This document shows, piece after piece, positions 53,173 to 64,000 of a DNA stretch of 64,000 nucleotides; position 1 is the stretch's first letter; each line of letters begins with the position of its first letter. Made by a program: the position numbers and the translations under genes. Source of the stretch: the human T2T-CHM13v2.0 reference genome, Homo sapiens. The stretch lies in assembly GCF_009914755.1 (NCBI RefSeq), contig NC_060927.1. The stretch is one strand, 5' to 3'. The notes under the pieces were generated by a model that worked only from the letters and a program-made list of their open reading frames with translations, had not been told where the DNA came from and made no database searches.

Positions 53173-54813
53173 GATTTCTTACTCCTGAACTCCTACTTTT
53201 TCTTTTTTTAATGGAAAAAAAAGTGCTATGTCCAATAGCCTAACTAGAAAGTGACTTATTGGCTTTTATAATAATGCCAGAGTAGGCATTTTGCAAGGCT
53301 CTTTCTTTACAAAGTAGGTAGGTATGTGTAAAGCATACTCTTGATGGTAATTTTGTTTTTACAAAACTTAAGGGAGAATTTCAAGGACTTGCCTTCTCTT
53401 GTCCAAAAAAAAAATCTGAGCTTGGAGGGGAAAGATGGCTGTCAGTCTGGTGTAGTGAGTTTTCTCTGAGAGCAAATTTCAAAGTGCTCTGAGAACACTA
53501 TTGTCAGGATCAGAGTCTTGGGCCACTGGCTAGGAGGGAGAATTGATTCTGCGACTTTGGTGCTGAGCTAAGGTACTGAAGGAAAACTGAAGTAGTACCA
53601 TTCTAGCAGCATACACTGATTTCTTATAGACATAGAAGTAAATCCTATCTAGAGAAAAGCTCTCAAAATATAAGACTCAGACACCACAGATTATGATCAG
53701 GCAATAATAACACAATCAAAGACTACCAATTACAGAAAAAAACAAAACATGAGTGAATGAGGAGAAACGATCTGCAACAGATTTAGTATCCCAAGGACTT
53801 TTGATGCGTTAAAGAATCATACACAAAACAACTATGTTTGAAAAGTTTAAAAAATAATAAATGCAATCAGGAGATTGAGAAAAAGATAAGAAGAATAAGC
53901 AGATTGGGGGAAATTAAACTTATAAAATTAAATATATAATTATAAGAAAAAACTCAATAAATAGATACACAGTCATACACTATATATATTAATATTTATC
54001 AGTATATACTAATAAATGATACTAATAATTACTAATGAAAAGACATTTAAAAAATCTAACAATACTGGACTTCATTCTAAGAAAAAGAAAACAGAACAGA
54101 GAGCATACAATACTTATATGAATAATGGCTGTGAATTTTCTAGAAGGAAGTATAACATGTTCAAAATAGGAAAAATAACACATATCTAGAAACTTTATTA
54201 CAGCTGCATAGTATAAAGGGGATAGAGAAAGGGGACATTTTAAAAATTAGGCATATAGAAGAAATCACTGACAAAAAAACATGACAACCAGACTTAAAGC
54301 AGCTGTCTTACCACAATAGAAAGTAGACAGTTGAAAATAGTACCCTCACATTTTTCAACCCAGAATGATATATGCCAAACTATTTTTTCAAGAATAAGGG
54401 TAAAATATTGGTGTTTAGAGATAAACAAAAAGAGGGAGTTTGTCACTCAAAGACCTACCATAAAGAAATGGGCATAAATAAGAAGGAAAATGATTCCAAA
54501 ACGATAGTATAAGAAGCAAGATGTGAATAAATAAAATAGTAAACATGTACATAAATCTGAAAAAATACATGTATAAAATAGTATCTTTCAAAAGAAATAA
54601 ATACAAGATAAAATAGCATGCATGAATCAAAGAATAAGTTGTAAAGGAAATTCAAGTACTTCTAATTAAATGATAATGAAAATATTACATAGCATAGAGT
54701 GTGGCATCCAGTATATGCAGGTAATAAATGAACGAGTATAATAAATGCCCTTATTGGAAAGTAATGAAGTCAAAAAATTAATGAACTAAGTATCTTACTT
54801 AAGAATTTAACAG

Positions 54814-55123
54814 GGCCAGGCACTGTGGCTCACGCCTGTAATCCCAGCACTTTGGCAAGCCAAGGCGGGCGAATCACCTGAGTTCGGGAGTTTAACACCT
54901 GCCTGACCAGTATGGAGAAACCCCGTCTCTACTAAAAATACAAAATTGCGGGGCATGGTGGCATGTACCTGTAATCCCAGCTACTCAGGAGGCTGAGGCA
55001 GGAGAATCGCCTGAACCCAGGAGGTGGAAGTTGCGGTGAGCCGAGATCCTGCCATTGCACTCTAGCCTGGGCAACAAGAGCAAAACTCCATCACAAAAAA
55101 CAAACAAACAAACAAACAAACAA
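54814..55123 (+). mobile_element. AluSp-like with an (AAAC)n tail
   Basis: cctgaccagtatggagaaaccccgtctc (Sp diagnostic), ggcaacaagagcaaaactcc. Confidence 0.93.
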
Positions 55124-55132
55124 AACAGAAGG

Positions 55133-55606
<474 letters not shown>

Positions 55607-55613
55607 TCAAAAT

Positions 55614-56098
55614 TTAGGTTTCTAAATTCAAGAAAGAAGACACTTAGATGACTGAAGTAATTCAAGTTTCTAAAGGCTGAGAAACTGGGAAGCCGCTAGA
55701 AATCAACACATGAAATAACCAAAATGAAGACAAGAAACTTCTGTGTACATTAAAGTAAAAAATGGGTTGTATTACCAAAAAAAACCTGATTTTTAGAATA
55801 CAGAGGAAAAGGAAAGGAAAAGCCTTCTGAAAAATGTCGTTTTTGTTAACTTTACATGCATTTTTCATGGGTCAATTGATCAACACTAAATATTAAGTTT
55901 GAGAATCATTTGTTTATTTGTGTATTCATTCACTGCATGTGATAGATCTATGTGCCAATCTGGGTATTATAAACATCCATAAATCTCTCATATATCATAC
56001 TTCAAGTTATAATAATGTCACTCGTTCTCTGTGAACCCTTTGATACATCATTCCATTCAATAAACTGTTTATCCTTTGATTCTTAAAAAAAAAAAGAT
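55614..56098 (+). pseudogene. Unidentified polyadenylated retro-insertion (5'-truncated retrocopy 3' UTR or orphan L1 3' transduction)
   Basis: Non-L1 sequence interrupting L1 ORF2; AATAAA at 56059-56064; A11 at 56085-56095; TSD aaagattgatcaaaat/aaaaattgaccaaaat. Confidence 0.65.
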
Positions 56099-57914
56099 AA
56101 AAATTGACCAAAATAAAAGAAACAAGAAACTAAAAACTGGGAAGAAAAATGAAGATATAGTAACAAATATTATAGAGATTGGAAATATAATGAATTTTCC
56201 AAGATCAAATTTATGTAAATTACATGTGAAAACTTACACAAACTAGAAAAAACTTCATACATATATTATTTACTAAATATGACTAAAAAGGAAATAGAAA
56301 ACTTGCATAATTACTTCACTACTAAATAATTGGAATCAGTGGATAAAAACTGTTCCCAACACTAAGAGCATCTGGCTTAGATGGTTTTTAAGTCATTTTT
56401 TTCCCCCATCTTTCAAGGAACCCATCATTTCAAACATATTCAAGCTTTTCCTAAGAATGGGGAAAAAAGGAATTTTCTGAAGTGTGTTCCATAAGGCCAG
56501 AATAACCTCTTAACTGAACGAGGGCAGTAGGAGAAATAATAACTACAGGTAAATCTTACTCAGAAGCATAGGTACAAAATCCTAAATTAAATGTAACCAA
56601 CCAAACCAGCTAAGTATAGAAAAAAAGACAAACAGACAAAAAAAAAAAATAGGGCCAAATTTGGATTTATTTCAGGAATGCATGAGTATTTTAACAGTAG
56701 ATAATTTATCAATGTAACTTAACATTCAGCAGATAAAAGGAAAAGTTCCAAATAATCACCTTAATAGATGCAGAAAAGGCATTTCATGTATACCATCTAT
56801 TCTTGGGTATTATTCTCAGAAATCTAGTAATATGAGATAACTTCTTTAACATAATTCAGATCAAGCAAATAGCCGTCTTAGTGAGGAAATATTACACTAC
56901 TTCTCCCAAAACAAGAACTACATAAAAATGTCCATTATCAATAGTTTCTACTAAATATTAGAGGATCTCGCCATTCCAATGGGATAAAAATAAAATAAAA
57001 TAAAAGCATATATGTTGTTAAAAAAACCCCACATTATTCCAGATGATATGACTCTTTACATAAAAATTTTTCCCGAATGTACATTCAGATTTAAAAAGAT
57101 TATAGTAAGGTGTCTCGCTCTGCAAATTTAAATGCATTTCTATACGTCAGCATCAAAAGAAAACACATTTTAAAGAAGTTAAATTTACAATAGCAACTTA
57201 ATCTGTAAAGCATTTGAGAATAAATCTGAAATAGTTTTCAATATGTACAAAACAATAATAAAATTTTATAGAAAGACATTAAAAACACTCAAATACAGCC
57301 CACATTTGTAAATAAGAAAAGCTTATCATAGAAAGATCAATTTTACCCCAAATGATGTGCAGCTTTAATGTCTAATAAAAATTCTAGCAGATCTCTTTGT
57401 GGAAATCAAAAAACTGATTTTAAACTTGATGAGGAAATGAAAAATAGGGGGCCATGAATAACCAGGATACTTTTGACACAAAATATGTTGAAGTTACATG
57501 CCTTGGCAGATACTTTAGAGTTACTGTATAGTGCATAACATTGTTGCACAATGAGACAGCAAGACCAATGTATTGTAACAGAATGTTCAGAAACAGACTT
57601 GCACATGTGTGGACCTTGAACCTATGGCAGAAGTGGCACTGCAGATCATTAAAAATGTATGGGCTATTCACTAGGTAATAGGTACTGGGTAATGTATATT
57701 GGTAGAAAAAAAAAGAAACTAGATTCCCACCTCATATCATTCACAAATTTAAATCCAAGTGTTCTAAGGACAAAATGTGATGGAAAGAACTTTAAAATTT
57801 TTGGAAGGAAAATAGAGAACAATTTCCTTTCTCCTTACAAGGAAAATATTTCACAAATGAAATGCATATTCTTACCTTAAAAGAAAAATTGATAATTTTC
57901 ATTATAGTCATTTT

Positions 57915-57960
57915 AAGAATAGTCTCTCAAAAAAAAAAAAAAAAAAAAGAATAGTCTCTC
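57915..57960 (+). mobile_element. Solo poly(A) insertion with a perfect 14-bp TSD
   Basis: tttt|aagaatagtctctc - A18 - aagaatagtctctc. Confidence 0.7.
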
Positions 57961-59767
57961 AAAAAACTTTATTTAGATTGTCAAAAGACAAGACAAACTG
58001 GGAGAAGATATTTGCCATGCATACAATTAGTAAAGGAGTAGTATCCAAAATACATAAAGAAATCCTGTAAAACTATTAGAAAAAGAACAACAAGCCAATT
58101 GAAAACCTTATGTAAGATCTGTATGTCAACCTAGGTAAGAAAATACACTCAACTTCATTAGTAATAGGGAAACTGCAATTCAACAAGAATACTTAAGTAT
58201 CAAAATATATACACCCCCAACACTGGAGTACCCAGATTCATAAAACAGGTTTTTAGAGACCTCTGAAGAGACTTAGATAATCACATAATAGTGGGAGATT
58301 TCAGTATTAGACTGATCATTGAAATAGAAAACTTGCAAAGATGTTTGAGACGTAAAATCAGCACTTGACGAAATGGACCTAACAGGTATCTACAGAGCAT
58401 CCACTGAACAACATACATTATTCTCAGCTGTACATAGCACATACTCTAAAATCAACCAGAAGTTCAGCCATAAAGCAATTCTCAACAAATTACAAAATCA
58501 AAAAAGAAAACTCAGTCATATATCCCTGATGAACATAGATGCAAAATTCCACAACAAAACATTAGCAGAGCAAACAAGTACCACATCAAATAACTAATCC
58601 ACCATGATCCATTAGGCTTTATTCATGGGATGCAAGGTTGGTTCAACATACACAAATCAATGTGATTCAGTAAATAAAACTAAAAACAAAAACCACATGA
58701 TCATCTCAGTAGGTGCAGAAAAGGCTTTCAGTAAAATTCAACATCACTTCAAGTTAAAGACACTCAACAAACAAGGCATTGAAGGAACATACCTGAAAAT
58801 AATAAGTGTCATCTATGACAAAACCACAGCCAACATCACAGTGAATGGGCAAAAGCTGGAAGCCTTTCCCTTGAGAACCGGAACAAGACAAGGATGCCTA
58901 CTCTAACCATGCCTATCCAAAATACTACTGGAAGTAGCAGCTAGAGTAATCAGGCAAGAGGAAGAAATGAAAGGCATTCAAATAAAAAGAGAGGAAGAAA
59001 AACTATCTCTCTTCACAGATGATACAATTTTATAGCCAGAAAACCCCATAATCTTTGCCCAAAAGCTCCTAGATCTGATAAAAAATTTCAACAACTTTCA
59101 GTATACAAAATCAATGTGAAAAATTGGTAGCATTTTTATACATGAACATTGTCCAAGATGAGAGTCAAATCAAGAATACAATTCCATTTACAAATGCCAC
59201 TAAAAGAATAAAATACCTAAGAATACATCTAGCCAGGGAGGTGAAAGATCTCTACAATGATAAATATAAAACGCTGCTCAAAAAAATTACAGACAACACA
59301 TACAAATGGAAAAACTATTCATGTACAGGATAGAAAGAATTCTTATTATTAAAATTGCCATACTACCCAAAGCAATCTACATATTCAATGCTATTCCTAT
59401 CAATCTACCTATGACATTTTTTACAGAATTAGAAAAAACCTTTCTAAAATTCATATGGAACCAAAAAAGAGACCAAATAGCCATAGCTATTCTAATCCTA
59501 AGAAAAAAGAACAAAGCTGGAGGCATCACATTACCTGACTTCAAACTATACTATAAGGCTACAATAACCAAAACAGCATGGTACAGAAACAGATACCTAG
59601 ACTAATGCAACAGGTTAGAGAACCCAGAAATAAAGCCTCACACCTATGGCCATCTGATCTTCTACAAAGTCAACAAAAACAAGTGATGGGGAAAGGACTC
59701 TCTATTCAATCAATGATGCAGAAATAACTGGTTAGTCATATGCAGAAGATTGAAACCGGCCCTCTTC

Positions 59768-62309
<2,542 letters not shown>

Positions 62310-63490
62310 CCTTCTTTATACCATATACAAAAATAAACTCAAGATGAATTAAAGACTTAAATATAAAACCAAAAACTATAACATTCCTAGAAGAAAACCT
62401 AGGAAATACCACTCTGGACATACACCCTGGCAAAGATTTTATGAGGAAGCCTCCAATAGCAATTGCAACAAAAACATTGTCAAGTGGAACATGATTAAAC
62501 TAAAGAGCTCCTGCCAACCAAAAGAAACTATCAACAGAGTAACTAGACAACCTACAGAATGGGAGAATATATTTGCAAACTGTGCATCCAACAAAGGTCT
62601 AATATCTAGAATCTATAAGGAACTTACACAAATTAACAGGCGAAAGGCAGCCTCATTAAAAAATGAGCAAAGGACATGAACAGATACTTCTTAAAAGAAG
62701 ACATACACATGGCCAAAATTATATAAAATAAGTCATCATCACTAATCTTTGGGAGAAATGCAAATCAAAGCCAAAATGAGATACTATCTCACACCAGTCA
62801 GAATGGTTATTATTAAAAAGACAAAAAATAGCAGATACTAGCGAGGTTGCAGAGAAAAAGGAACACTTATGCACTGTTGGTGGGAGTATAATTAAATTAG
62901 TTACACCTGTGGAAAGCACTGTGGCGATTCCTCAAAGAGCTAAAAACAACTACCATTTGACCCAACAATCCCATTATTGGGTATATACCCAAAGGAATAT
63001 ATGTCATTCTACTATAAAGACACATGCTTGCTTATGTTCACTGCAGAACCATTCACAACAGCAAAGTCATAGAATCAATCTAAATGACCATTAATGGTAG
63101 AGTCAGTAAAAAATTATCATACATATACACCATGGAATACCATGCAGCCATAAAAAAGAATGAGATCATGGCCTTTCCAGGAACATGGTTGCAACTGGAG
63201 GCCATCATCCTTTGCAAACTAATGCAGGAACAGAAAACCAAATATTGCATGTTCTCACTTATAAGTGGGAGCTAAATGATGAGAACACATGGACACATAG
63301 AGGAATAACAGACACTGGGGCCTACTGGAGGGTGAAGAGTGGGAGGAGGAAGAGGGCCAGGAAAAGTGACTAATGGGTACTAGGCTTAATACTTCAGTGA
63401 TTAAATAATCTGTACAACAAACCCCATGACACAGGTTTACCTGTGTAACAAAACTGCACATGTATCCTTAAAGTAAAATTAAAAAAAAAA

Positions 63491-63865
63491 TGTGGTACAT
63501 ATACACCATGGAATATGATGCAGCCATTAAAAAAAACAACAAAACCATGTCCTTTGCAGCAACAGGGGTGGAACTCAAGGGCATTATCCTAAGCCAATTA
63601 ATACAGGAGGAGAAAACCAAATACTGCACGTTCTCACTTATAAGTGGTAGTTAAATGTTGACTATGCATGACACAAGGAAGGGAACAATAGACACTGGGG
63701 CCTACTTGAGGGTTGAGGGTGGGGACGGTGCTGTCTATGGGGCACTATGCTGATTACCTGGGTGATAAAATAATCTATACCCCAAATCCCTGCAACACAC
63801 AATTTATGTAACAAACCTGCACATGTATTTCCTGAACCTAAAATAAAAGTTGGACAGAAAAAAAT
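63491..63865 (+). mobile_element. Second old primate L1 3' end, directly after the first
   Basis: tgtggtacatatacaccatggaata...ttctcacttataagtgg...aacaaacctgcacatgta...aaataaaagtt. Confidence 0.88.
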
Positions 63866-64000
63866 ATATGAATAGTGTATATTAGTGAAATGAATGAACA
63901 GTTGGTATTGCCCCAAAATGGTAAGCTTTAGAAATATAATTTAGTCCCAGAAGACTACATATAATATAAAAATATTTGTAGAAACCTCAAAAACATACGA

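Overview
Primate (most likely human) genomic DNA, AT-rich and dense in interspersed repeats. It is almost all intron of a + strand gene. The only supportable coding feature is one 125-nt exon at 40941-41065 (APSLIGVVRKDWASQNSIALSWQAPAFSNGAILDYEIKYYEK), the start of the second fibronectin type III domain of an Eph receptor, which I recognise from memory as EPHA6. It is absent from the supplied ORF track. The listed ORFs are either remnants of Alu, L1 or MaLR elements or appear to be chance ORFs. The rest is layered repeats: Alus, L1 of several ages (two with twin-priming inversions), L2, MIR, CR1/L3, hAT MITEs, three two-LTR MaLR elements (THE1A, MSTA, THE1C) and several solo LTRs, many with readable target-site duplications. 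I see no new multi-gene system, CRISPR array or RNA gene. The most interesting signals are small. They are a late inverted templated insertion inside MSTA, an unidentified ~485-bp polyadenylated insert with a TSD, a solo poly(A) insertion with a perfect TSD, template-switch hairpins, a 46-bp Alu head left by deletion, and unusual splice-donor options at the EPHA6 exon. Repeat subfamily names come from remembered consensus sequences and need RepeatMasker/Dfam confirmation.
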